From NCBI GenBank assembly GCA_051418015.1, contig JBPRGF010000001.1:1-64000 (forward strand): a stretch of DNA of 64,000 nt, written 5' to 3'. This document shows, piece after piece, positions 47,989 to 55,963 of the stretch (positions within the stretch are counted from its first letter, which is position 1; each line of letters begins with the position of its first letter). The notes under the pieces were generated by a model, which was not told the DNA's origin, did no database searches, and saw nothing but the letters and a program-made list of their open reading frames with translations. The DNA comes from Candidatus Nitrospinota bacterium M3_3B_026 (lineage in GTDB: Bacteria > Nitrospinota_A > UBA7883 > JBPRGF01). The position numbers were made by a program, and so were the translations under genes.

Positions 47989-48064
47989 GCCGGGGTAGCT
48001 CAGTCGGTAGAGCAGGGGACTGAAAATCCCCGTGTCGGCGGTTCGATTCCGTCCCCCGGCACCA
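47989..48064 (+). tRNA. tRNA-Phe(GAA)
   Basis: GCCGGGGTAGCTCAG...loop CTGAAAA...GGTTCGATTCC...CCCGGCACCA. Confidence 0.96.
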
Positions 48065-48200
48065 TTGAATAAATCGGCGCTCCTTCTTTTCCAGAAAATT
48101 TTCGCCTTGCCTGGCGCGTCCTGATCTAATAGTCTTCTCATTATGGGGGGATGAAGCGGGCCGAAGCTTTTTCCCACGAATCTTTCCGGAGGGTTTCGTT

Positions 48201-48557
48201 ATGAGGGGGCATGGATTCTTACTAGCCGTGGCGCTCATGGCCGCGGGGCCGCTTTTCATATGGCCGCTTGCGGCCTCGGGGGAGGAGGCTGGCTCTTACT
48301 CCATGGAGGAGATAAAGTCCGAACTTGCGGGCGAAAGGAACATTTTAAGCTTCAACAGGCTCAGCGGGATGCTGACGGACGTCCTGCGGCTCCAGAAGCA
48401 GGCCCACGCCAAAAACGGCGGGACGCGGGGCGCAAAGCGTTTTCTTGAAGTGGAGGAGCATTTGAACGCCGCCGGGATGTTCGCAAGCCAAAGTCAGTAC
48501 GACGAGTGCTACGAGCGCCTGGAGGCGGCCTACGAGACGCTGCTCGCCGCCCCCTGA
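48201..48557 (+). CDS. Hypothetical secreted helical protein
   Basis: GGAGG RBS, signal peptide. Confidence 0.6.
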   Translation: MRGHGFLLAVALMAAGPLFIWPLAASGEEAGSYSMEEIKSELAGERNILSFNRLSGMLTDVLRLQKQAHAKNGGTRGAKRFLEVEEHLNAAGMFASQSQYDECYERLEAAYETLLAAP

Positions 48558-48661
48558 GGCCGGGCGCGCGTGACCCGGTTAAGGCTGTTGCGCCGCGCGG
48601 AAATATCGCGATACAATCCCGTGTGACGTTTCTTATCGTCCGTTTTTGAGAGGCTTCCCCC

Positions 48662-49342
48662 ATGGACAACACATTCGACATCCAAAAATACCTGAAAGAG
48701 GGATGGGAACTTTTCATCGGGAACGCCGCCAACCTCGTGGTGGCCTCGATAATCTTCCTGATCGTCCTGTTCGTGGCCAACTTCATACCGCTGGCCTCAT
48801 TGCTCGTCTCCGGGCCGATGGTCGGGGGGATGTATTACGTGATCCTGGACGCGCGGGCGGGGAGACCCTTTGCCCCCATGCGTATTTTCGACGGGTTCCG
48901 GCTCAAGCTCGTCCCCCTCGTTCTGGTGGGGATACTGACGAGCGTTTTCACACTGGCCGGAGCCCTGCTTCTCATCCTGCCGGGCCTTTTGGTGATGGGG
49001 TGGTATCTTTTCTCGTACCTTTTCGTGGTGGAGGACGACAGGGATTTCTGGCCGGCCATGGAGGCCTCCCGTGAGATCGGGTTCAAAAACCACGTCAACG
49101 TCTTCGTCATGGCCCTTCTCATCGTGGCCATGAACTTCCTCGGCGTCCTGTTGATCGGCGTGGGGCTGCTGGTGAGCATGCCGCTGTCCATGTGCGTCGT
49201 CCTCTCGGCCTACGAGGGCCTGACCGGCAAGAGCCTTTCCTCCGCGGCTCCATCACCCGCGCCTCCTCCGGCGCCTCCCGCTCCGCCAGCCTCCGGCGCC
49301 TCCACCACCTCCGAACCCCCTCCGCCCCCGGCGGCGGGCTAG
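48662..49342 (+). CDS. Integral membrane protein (DUF975-like) with Pro-rich tail
   Basis: EGWELF, GGMYYVILDA, FDGFR, FWPAMEASR; TM helices. Confidence 0.8.
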   Translation: MDNTFDIQKYLKEGWELFIGNAANLVVASIIFLIVLFVANFIPLASLLVSGPMVGGMYYVILDARAGRPFAPMRIFDGFRLKLVPLVLVGILTSVFTLAGALLLILPGLLVMGWYLFSYLFVVEDDRDFWPAMEASREIGFKNHVNVFVMALLIVAMNFLGVLLIGVGLLVSMPLSMCVVLSAYEGLTGKSLSSAAPSPAPPPAPPAPPASGASTTSEPPPPPAAG

Positions 49343-49370
49343 GGCAAGGGGCGCTTGGCGGAGCCTTGCG

Positions 49371-50495
49371 GTGGAGGAGTTCAGGATAGGGCGGTTCATG
49401 GGCGAGGGCTGGGCGCTTTTCAGAAGATCGGCATCCAGCCTCATCGTCGCCACGATAATTTATTTCGTGATCTACATGGCGGCGAACATGATCCCGTTCC
49501 TGAACCTTTTCGCGGGGTTCCTGTTGCCCGGCGCGATGCTGGGGGGGATGTATTACATCATACTGGACGCCGCCCAAGGGGCGGAGTTCGACATCAAACG
49601 GCTGTTCGACGGCTTCAGGCTGAAGTTCATGGACCTGACGCTGGTCTACATCCTCATCTCGATATTCACCCTGATAGCCGTCTCCGTCCCGATGATAATC
49701 GGCGCCGTCTACGCCTGGATGACGGCAGGGCCTATCCAGAACCTCGACGACCCCGCCCGGCTGGCGGGCTTTTTCACATCCCTGGCAGTTTTCGCCATAC
49801 CTGCGGCGGTGATCGGCATACTGGTGTACAGCTGGTACATGTTCTCCTATCTTTTCGTGGTGGAGAGGGGGTACGGCTTCTGGGAGGCGATGGAGGCTTC
49901 CAGGGAGATAGGGTTCCAGAACCATTTCAAGGTTTTCCTGTTCATCGTCGTCCTGTGGCTCGTAAACGTTGCGGGGGCGCTCTTTTTCGGCGTCGGGCTG
50001 CTCATCAGCTTCCCATACTCCATGTGCGCCGTGGCGGCCGGGTACACCAGCCTCGCCGGGGCCGCGCCAGCCTCGCCCAGGGAGAAGACATCCGCCCCTC
50101 CCCCTCCGCCGCCTGTCCCGGCGGAGCCGCCACGGCATCCCGCCGCGCAGGGGCCACGGGCCGAGGCGCGGCTTTCCGGCTGCGTCCACGTGTTCGTCTT
50201 CATCGAGGGACAGGCGCCGGAGGAGAGGGAGATGATGAACATAGTCAGGGCGGGCGCGCCTTTCGCCCTCGACCAGGAACGCCGCCCCATCATGACGGGC
50301 CAGGGAGTCGAAACGTGGCCGGCCAACGACGCGGAGCTGAAAACGCTCATCAAACAGGCCATGGAGAAATACAGGAAAAACAATCCCGGCGCGCCCCCCT
50401 ACACCGACTCCGCCAGGTTCAAGATAAAAGTCTGGAAAGGAAGAGACAGCGCGACGGGAACGAACATGGCCTTGGCTTCCGTCCTGGTCAAATGA
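49371..50495 (+). CDS. Paralogous DUF975-like membrane protein with Pro linker and extra C-terminal domain
   Basis: Shares GGMYYIILDA, FDGFRLK, WYMFSYLFVVE, AMEASREIGF with the upstream gene. Confidence 0.8.
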   Translation: MEEFRIGRFMGEGWALFRRSASSLIVATIIYFVIYMAANMIPFLNLFAGFLLPGAMLGGMYYIILDAAQGAEFDIKRLFDGFRLKFMDLTLVYILISIFTLIAVSVPMIIGAVYAWMTAGPIQNLDDPARLAGFFTSLAVFAIPAAVIGILVYSWYMFSYLFVVERGYGFWEAMEASREIGFQNHFKVFLFIVVLWLVNVAGALFFGVGLLISFPYSMCAVAAGYTSLAGAAPASPREKTSAPPPPPPVPAEPPRHPAAQGPRAEARLSGCVHVFVFIEGQAPEEREMMNIVRAGAPFALDQERRPIMTGQGVETWPANDAELKTLIKQAMEKYRKNNPGAPPYTDSARFKIKVWKGRDSATGTNMALASVLVK

Positions 50496-50744
50496 CCCGG
50501 ACGCCAACGCCCCCGCCTTCGCCGAGCCGCTAAAAGCATCGACTCGTTTTGCAGACCTACCCGCCTAAATAACCCTGTATAGGTGTCCGCATTCTCAAAT
50601 CCGGGAACTCAGCGCCCCTTTTTTCCCGAATGCGAGAAAATATTCCAGGCCGGCCAGGATTTAAACTAATTCCAGGCCTTAACAATACGTTATATTTCAA
50701 CATATTGAAGTCCAATTTTTTGAAACGTCCCGTGACGACGATGG

Positions 50745-50760
50745 TGGCTTGGTATTTGCA
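50745..50760 (+). promoter_or_regulatory. Sigma-54 (-24/-12) promoter of the multiheme cytochrome gene
   Basis: TGGCTTGGTATTTGCA = GG-N10-GC with TTGC; preceded by an AT-rich stretch with IHF-like sites. Confidence 0.7.
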
Positions 50761-50817
50761 TAGTTCCAACCATATCCGCATATGCAGGATTGTCTATAAC
50801 AAACCGGGCGGGGTTCG

Positions 50818-51714
50818 ATGTCTGGGAAAGTTCTTAAGGGTCTGGCCGTTCTGTTGCTCCTTGCGCCCGTCCTTGCCCGCGCCGCCGGGTGGGACTCCGG
50901 CTCCCGCGCCTCCAACACGGACTCGATCGTCAACACGCGCCACAACCTGAGCTTGAGCTTCGCCGCCGGGCAGGGCTCCATATGGCAGATGGACAACTAC
51001 CGGAACCAGTATGGCGAGGTCTGCGTCTACTGCCACACGCCCCACGGGGCGAACAGTCAGCTGGACGCGCCGCTCTGGAACAGGACGAAAAAGAACAACA
51101 CCTACACGCTGTACAACATCCCGCTACAGTCCGGCCAGTCCCCCACTCAGCCTGGTGTGAGCTCGCTTACGTGTCTGTCCTGCCACGACGGGACGACGGC
51201 CATCGACTCGATCATCAACATGCCCGGCTCCGGCCGCTACAACGCGAGCCAGGAGACGACCCAGAACGATGGTTTTCTCTATTCATGGCCCGGAGCCTCG
51301 GGCAACCACTTCCCCCTCGGCCCGCCGGGGACAGGGTTCGGGACGACCTGCCGTGACGCCTGCCACAACCCAGGCGGCCCACCGGGCGCGCCGGACTTCA
51401 CGGCTTTCGCGCTGACAAAGGATCTTCGTGACGACCACCCGGTCGGCGTTAATCTTCCCAACACCTCGCTGTACGACTTCAACGCGCCCACCGCGACGGA
51501 CGGGACGCTCCAGTTCTTCGACACCGATGGCGACGGGCGGGCGGACCCTGACGAGGTGCGGTTCTATGACACCGGCGACGGCTACGAGGTCGAGTGCGCC
51601 TCGTGTCACGATCCACACGGGGTCGATGGCGGCGGCGGGGCGCTGATCCCGTCGTTCCTGCGGGTAAACAATAACAACGCGTCGTCATTGTGCCTGACGT
51701 GTCATGACAAGTGA
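50818..51714 (+). CDS. Secreted multiheme c-type cytochrome, OmcE-like, with 4 CxxCH + 1 CxxxCH
   Basis: Signal peptide; CVYCH, CLSCH, CRDACH, CASCH, CLTCH; SIVNTRHNLS, PLWNR, DDHPV, FLR motifs. Confidence 0.9.
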   Translation: MSGKVLKGLAVLLLLAPVLARAAGWDSGSRASNTDSIVNTRHNLSLSFAAGQGSIWQMDNYRNQYGEVCVYCHTPHGANSQLDAPLWNRTKKNNTYTLYNIPLQSGQSPTQPGVSSLTCLSCHDGTTAIDSIINMPGSGRYNASQETTQNDGFLYSWPGASGNHFPLGPPGTGFGTTCRDACHNPGGPPGAPDFTAFALTKDLRDDHPVGVNLPNTSLYDFNAPTATDGTLQFFDTDGDGRADPDEVRFYDTGDGYEVECASCHDPHGVDGGGGALIPSFLRVNNNNASSLCLTCHDK

Positions 51715-51726
51715 GGGGGCCATGTT

Positions 51727-52190
51727 GGGAAACAGCGGTCAATGTCATCCTGAGCCGAAGGCGAAGGATCCCGCCGTTTCATACGTTGCGAGACTCTTCT
51801 CTGACGCTCAGAGTGACAGCGCTGTTAACGAGTTTCCCGGCCTCATCCCCTCCCCCGGCGGGAGGGGCTTTTGAGGGGGGAAGCCCGGAGCCTGCATGAG
51901 ATTTAGACAATCAAAAAGGGGAGGGGGTATTGGATTTATTCACCCCCACCTTTATCCTCCCCCGTCAAGGGGGAGGATAAGGCCAAAAGCTCCCCCGTCA
52001 AGGGAGAGGATGGCTCCGGAAAATCCCCCATGCGAGGATTAGTGTCATACTGAATTTATTTCAGCATCTAAAGCCTCGTTGACCCGAGGTCCTGAAACAA
52101 GTTCAGGACGACAGGCTGGATCGTCCTGAGCCGAAGGCGTTAGAGAGTTTTCCGACTCCAGATCCTCCCCCTGGCAAAAAGACCTTTGCG
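51727..52190. repeat. Cluster of nested palindromic/MITE-like repeats
   Basis: GTCATCCTGAG pair 51743-51818 inside GGGAAAC/GTTTCCC ends; CCCCTCCCCCG hairpins at 51845, 51957, 51990; TGTCATACTGAA/TTCAGGACGACA pair 52043-52113; truncated copy at 52119. Confidence 0.75.
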
Positions 52191-52208
52191 CGACCCGGCT
52201 GGGGCCGC

Positions 52209-52237
52209 TTGACTGGCCGGTGAAGCGATTTTATATA
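52209..52237 (+). promoter_or_regulatory. Putative promoter for the hsp20 pair
   Basis: TTGACT-N17-TATATA. Confidence 0.4.
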
Positions 52238-52284
52238 CCAGTCAAGACGAGAAAAAACAGGAATGGAAGTGGAGGCTGCGAAAA

Positions 52285-52719
52285 ATGACTCTACAGGAAT
52301 ACAAGAAATATCGGAAACCATTGGCTGACGTCAGCCCGTTTAACCCGGTCTCCTTGCCAGGCAGGCTCCGGGAGGCGGGAAACGGGAGCGTGGTGAAATG
52401 GACCCCCGCCGTCGAGGTGGGCGAGACCGGCGACGCTTACAAGGTCAGGGCGGAGCTGCCGGGGATGGAGAAAGACCAGATAGACGTGGAGATCACGGAC
52501 GGCGTTCTGACAATCTCCGGCGAGAGGAGAAGGGAAAATACCGGAAACGAGCGGCGGCGCATCGCCGAACGCTGGTACGGCCCTTTCGCCAAGATTATAA
52601 AATTCAAAGGTATAGACGAGGAAAGGGTTTCCGCCTCGTACGTGAACGGCGTCCTGGAGGTCCTCGTCCCGAAGACGGAGGCCGCCAGGGGCAGGAGGAT
52701 AGACATAGATTTCGGCTGA
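52285..52719 (+). CDS. Hsp20/alpha-crystallin family protein
   Basis: WTPAVEV, AELPG, LTISGER, ASYVNGVLEV. Confidence 0.9.
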   Translation: MTLQEYKKYRKPLADVSPFNPVSLPGRLREAGNGSVVKWTPAVEVGETGDAYKVRAELPGMEKDQIDVEITDGVLTISGERRRENTGNERRRIAERWYGPFAKIIKFKGIDEERVSASYVNGVLEVLVPKTEAARGRRIDIDFG

Positions 52720-52804
52720 GGTTGACAGGATATCCGGCAGGAGGCGATTTTAGTCACAGAGAGAGTTTATCGTTAAAACGGTCTGTTGGAGGAGGTGAGT
52801 CGTC

Positions 52805-53242
52805 ATGTTACCGACCAAGAGGCATAGGGGCGAGACCAGGTTGGCCGATTTCGATCCGTTCGGCGCGTTTTCGTTGCTGGATGAGTTGTGGCCCGCGCAT
52901 TTCGAGGCCGCGGAGGAGAGGCCGTTCATGCCCCCGATGGACGTCTCCGAGAGCGACAAGGAGTACATGGTCCGGCTCGAGGTCCCGGGCATGGGGAAGG
53001 ACGACATCAACATCGAGTTCGAGAACAACGTCCTGACCCTGTCCGGCGAGAAGAAAACGTCCACGGAGGAGAAGAGCGAGAAGCTCTACAGGGTTGAGCG
53101 GCGCTACGGCTCGTTCACCAGGTCGCTGAGGTTCACCGACATAGACGCCGACAACATCAAGGCCAGCTACAAAAACGGTGTCCTCGAAGTGACCGTTCCG
53201 AAGACGGAGACCGCCAAGCCGAAGAAGATCTCCGTCGACTGA
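52805..53242 (+). CDS. Hsp20/alpha-crystallin family protein
   Basis: GGAGGAGG RBS; PPMDVSE, EVPG, ERRYGSFTR, ASYKNGVLEV. Confidence 0.93.
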   Translation: MLPTKRHRGETRLADFDPFGAFSLLDELWPAHFEAAEERPFMPPMDVSESDKEYMVRLEVPGMGKDDINIEFENNVLTLSGEKKTSTEEKSEKLYRVERRYGSFTRSLRFTDIDADNIKASYKNGVLEVTVPKTETAKPKKISVD

Positions 53243-53269
53243 AAAAGGCCAACCTTCAGAAAGACCCCG

Positions 53270-53301
53270 CCGGTCCGGCGCTTCCGGGCCGGTTTTTTTT
53301 T
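53270..53301 (+). terminator. Intrinsic terminator after hsp20
   Basis: CCGGTCCGG-loop-CCGGGCCGG hairpin followed by a long T-run. Confidence 0.85.
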
Positions 53302-53315
53302 GATTTCAGAAGGCA

Positions 53316-53378
53316 GGGTCCTTCGCCCGCGGCTCAGGACGGCAAAGTGGTCAAATCCGCCGGTTTTGCAAAGGTCTC
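53316..53378. repeat. GTCCTTCG..CTCAGGAC palindrome plus GGTTTTGCAAAGGTCTC end motif
   Basis: Same arrangement as 13141-13205. Confidence 0.65.
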
Positions 53379-53428
53379 CTTGGCAAGGAGACGCCTGCGT
53401 TCACCGCCGTGGAGGTCTCCTTCGGTGG

Positions 53429-54685
53429 TCATCCCTCCCCGCCGCCTGGGCTGTTTTCCGCGCCGCCGTCCCCATGTTCTGGAAGCTCCTGCACATCGGT
53501 CAGTTTTTTCGTGATGGCCCTGGTGCGGACATCCACGGTGTCGATGGATGACCTGGCCTGCTCCAGCTTTTTTTTCGTGGATTCGATGGCGGAGCCGAAC
53601 TTGCCGAACTCGGTTTTCACCTCGCTTAGAAGCCGCCAGACCTCCCCGGCCCGTTTTTCGATCGCCAGCGTGCGGAAGCCGACCTGCAGGCTGTTTAGAA
53701 GCGCCGCCAGCGTCGTGGGGCCGGTGACGGCGACCCTGGCCTCGTGTATCAGGTAGTCCCAGAGCCCCGGCCTGCGGATCACCTCCGCGTAGAGCCCCTC
53801 GGTGGGCAGGAACATTACGCCGAAATCGGTAGTGTTCGGCGGATCCAGGTATTTGTCCCGTATCTTTTTCGCCTCGTCCCTGATTCGCGTCTCCAAAGCC
53901 TTGCCCGCCTTTTCGAGCGCCCCCTGGTCGGCCGCCTCCTGGGCGTCGACGAGCCTTTGATAGTCCTCCAGGGGGAACTTGGCGTCCAGCGGCATCCAGA
54001 CTGGCCCGCCGCCCGTCCTCTCCCCGCCGGGGAATTTTACGGCGAACTCCACCCGCTCCGATCCGTTCTTCGTGGCCACGTTGGCGGCGTACTGCTCCGG
54101 CGACAGAATCTGCTCCAGCAGCGCGCCAAGCTGGACCTCGCCCCACACGCCGCGGGAGCGGATGCCCGTCAGGGCTTTCTTCAAGTCCCCCACTCCCGAG
54201 GCTAGCGACCGCATCTCCCCCACGTCTTTGTGGACCTTTTCCAGCTGGTCGCTCACCATCCGGAAAGAACTCCCCAGGCGTTTCTCCAGCGTGTCATGGA
54301 GCTTCTCGTCCACGGTGGCGCGCATCCGCTCCAGCTTGGCGTTGTTGTCCTCCTGGATATCCCGCAGCCTGGCCTCCATCGTCTCGCGCATCTTGCCCAG
54401 CATCCGTTCGTTGGATTCCGTCAGGCTGTTGAGCTGTTTCATGAAGGTGTCGCGCTGCTCCTCCCGGGCGTTTCGGGCGGCGTTGTTGAACTCCTCGCGG
54501 AAGCGGAATATCTCTTCCCGGAAAGCCTTTTCGACGCGCTCCTGGCCCCTGTCGAAAGACTCCAGGGAGTCCTCTATCCGCCCGATCTTGTCCCCGGCGC
54601 CCTTGAGGAGCAACAGGCCGTAGAGGCAGAGGAGAACGCCCGCGGCGATGACGAAGGCGGCTGCGTAAAGAATGATCTCGCTCAT
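53429..54685 (-). CDS. rmuC: DNA recombination protein RmuC
   Basis: N-terminal TM + coiled coil; RGVWGEVQL, DAKFPLEDY, TTDFGVMFLPTEGLY, GPTTL. Confidence 0.95.
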   Translation of the reverse strand: MSEIILYAAAFVIAAGVLLCLYGLLLLKGAGDKIGRIEDSLESFDRGQERVEKAFREEIFRFREEFNNAARNAREEQRDTFMKQLNSLTESNERMLGKMRETMEARLRDIQEDNNAKLERMRATVDEKLHDTLEKRLGSSFRMVSDQLEKVHKDVGEMRSLASGVGDLKKALTGIRSRGVWGEVQLGALLEQILSPEQYAANVATKNGSERVEFAVKFPGGERTGGGPVWMPLDAKFPLEDYQRLVDAQEAADQGALEKAGKALETRIRDEAKKIRDKYLDPPNTTDFGVMFLPTEGLYAEVIRRPGLWDYLIHEARVAVTGPTTLAALLNSLQVGFRTLAIEKRAGEVWRLLSEVKTEFGKFGSAIESTKKKLEQARSSIDTVDVRTRAITKKLTDVQELPEHGDGGAENSPGGGEG

Positions 54686-54783
54686 GGCACGGGGTCTATT
54701 CTAATACGGGCGGGGATGGAAGTATATCGGCGGAGCGGGCTTGGACGATTTTTTCAGGGGCGCATGGATTTTTGGGGAAAAAA

Positions 54784-54858
<75 letters not shown>

Positions 54859-54870
54859 TGCGTGTTTTCA

Positions 54871-54898
54871 ATTATATATCCCGCCCCGGCTATGTCAA
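54871..54898 (-). promoter_or_regulatory. Sigma-70 promoter of tRNA-Gly
   Basis: Exact TTGACA-N16-TATAAT on the minus strand, 12 nt upstream of the tRNA. Confidence 0.85.
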
Positions 54899-55015
54899 GC
54901 TGGCGGGGCGGAATATCGTCATTAGGTGTTAAATATGCGGCAACCCCCAAGGATGTGTTATACTGGTAGTATATATAATATAACCATAGGCGCCGCTGGT
55001 GTTGTTAAGAGCAAA

Positions 55016-55639
55016 ATGAAAAAATACTCAGGGATCAAGGGAATGAAAGAGGCTTTATATCGGATTTCCTATGTGATTAGCATGGACCTGTTTATTCGCT
55101 TTTATAATTATCACAAGCGTCTTGTCTCTGAACGAACCAAAGAAATTCAAACAAAGCTTGACGCAGGTAATATTAATCAAAGTAGTAGGCAAAAACTGAA
55201 ATCTGAGAAATTAGAACTCGAGAAGCCATACCGACAACTTTTAGTAGGAAATACTTTTCTCATGATGTACTCTCACCTTGAAGAGCATCTAGCTTTGATG
55301 CGAAATATGTATGTCAAGCAAGATTCCCAAAGCAAGAAAAGTGGGCTGGATAGATTCAAAAACGATTTCAAAGATTCTGTTAACTTAGGCGATGGGCCAC
55401 ATTGGCAGTTTTTTAAAGACTGTGAGAAGATTCGCCACGCCCTGCTTCACGCTGGCGGGAATATCACACTGATGCAGAACAATAAACTTGCAGGCATCAT
55501 CAAAAAATATGGAAACAAGTATTTCGACTGTGTTGAGAAAAAACCTGCAAGGCGACTTATTTTGAAAGAGAAATTACTGGATGATTTTTCCAGCGCGAGC
55601 GAAAAATTTATAGAGTGGTTGCTCGAAGAAGTAAAATAG
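55016..55639 (+). CDS. HEPN-like helical protein (RxxxxH motif) in an AT-rich islet
   Basis: YSHLEEHL early helix and KIRHALLHAGG motif; composition visibly more AT-rich than the host; start uncertain (55016 or 55043). Confidence 0.65.
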   Translation: MKKYSGIKGMKEALYRISYVISMDLFIRFYNYHKRLVSERTKEIQTKLDAGNINQSSRQKLKSEKLELEKPYRQLLVGNTFLMMYSHLEEHLALMRNMYVKQDSQSKKSGLDRFKNDFKDSVNLGDGPHWQFFKDCEKIRHALLHAGGNITLMQNNKLAGIIKKYGNKYFDCVEKKPARRLILKEKLLDDFSSASEKFIEWLLEEVK

Positions 55640-55675
55640 CAAACAGCGAACAACCGAGAAAAAGAATGTAGCAAA

Positions 55676-55945
55676 ATGACAGACAACACCGGCCAAAACG
55701 AAAGCAGGGAACTTGAAGGGGGTGAAATTATATACCTTGTAAAAGAGCCGGATAAAAACTGGCGAATCAAATCATATGAATGCCACCAAAGCGTTGTTTT
55801 GGGTGGGCGTGTCTTCAGGTGGCTACAGGGCCTTCCGGCAAAGTGGGAAGGTCAAGAGTTCGAAACTGCTGACGAAGCAGTAACTTTTGCGCAAACAGAA
55901 ATTCAAGAAGGCAAAGTTCCTTCCAGCCGTCGATCGCAACAGTAA
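55676..55945 (+). CDS. Small hypothetical protein in the AT-rich islet
   Basis: 89-aa ORF following the HEPN gene with the same AGCAAAATGA start context. Confidence 0.55.
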   Translation: MTDNTGQNESRELEGGEIIYLVKEPDKNWRIKSYECHQSVVLGGRVFRWLQGLPAKWEGQEFETADEAVTFAQTEIQEGKVPSSRRSQQ

Positions 55946-55963
55946 CTATATAACCGCCCCCTA

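Noticed and set aside
47795..48259. Short ORFs over the tRNA cluster (also 54741-54932, 38804-39376)
   Set aside because: They overlap tRNA genes or lie antisense to real genes
51715..52200. Possible CRISPR array
   Set aside because: Repeats are heterogeneous, inverted and irregularly spaced; no constant repeat-spacer period and no cas genes
52740..52800. CIRCE or ROSE element before the second hsp20
   Set aside because: TTAGTCAC... matches the CIRCE inverted repeat poorly; no convincing ROSE hairpin
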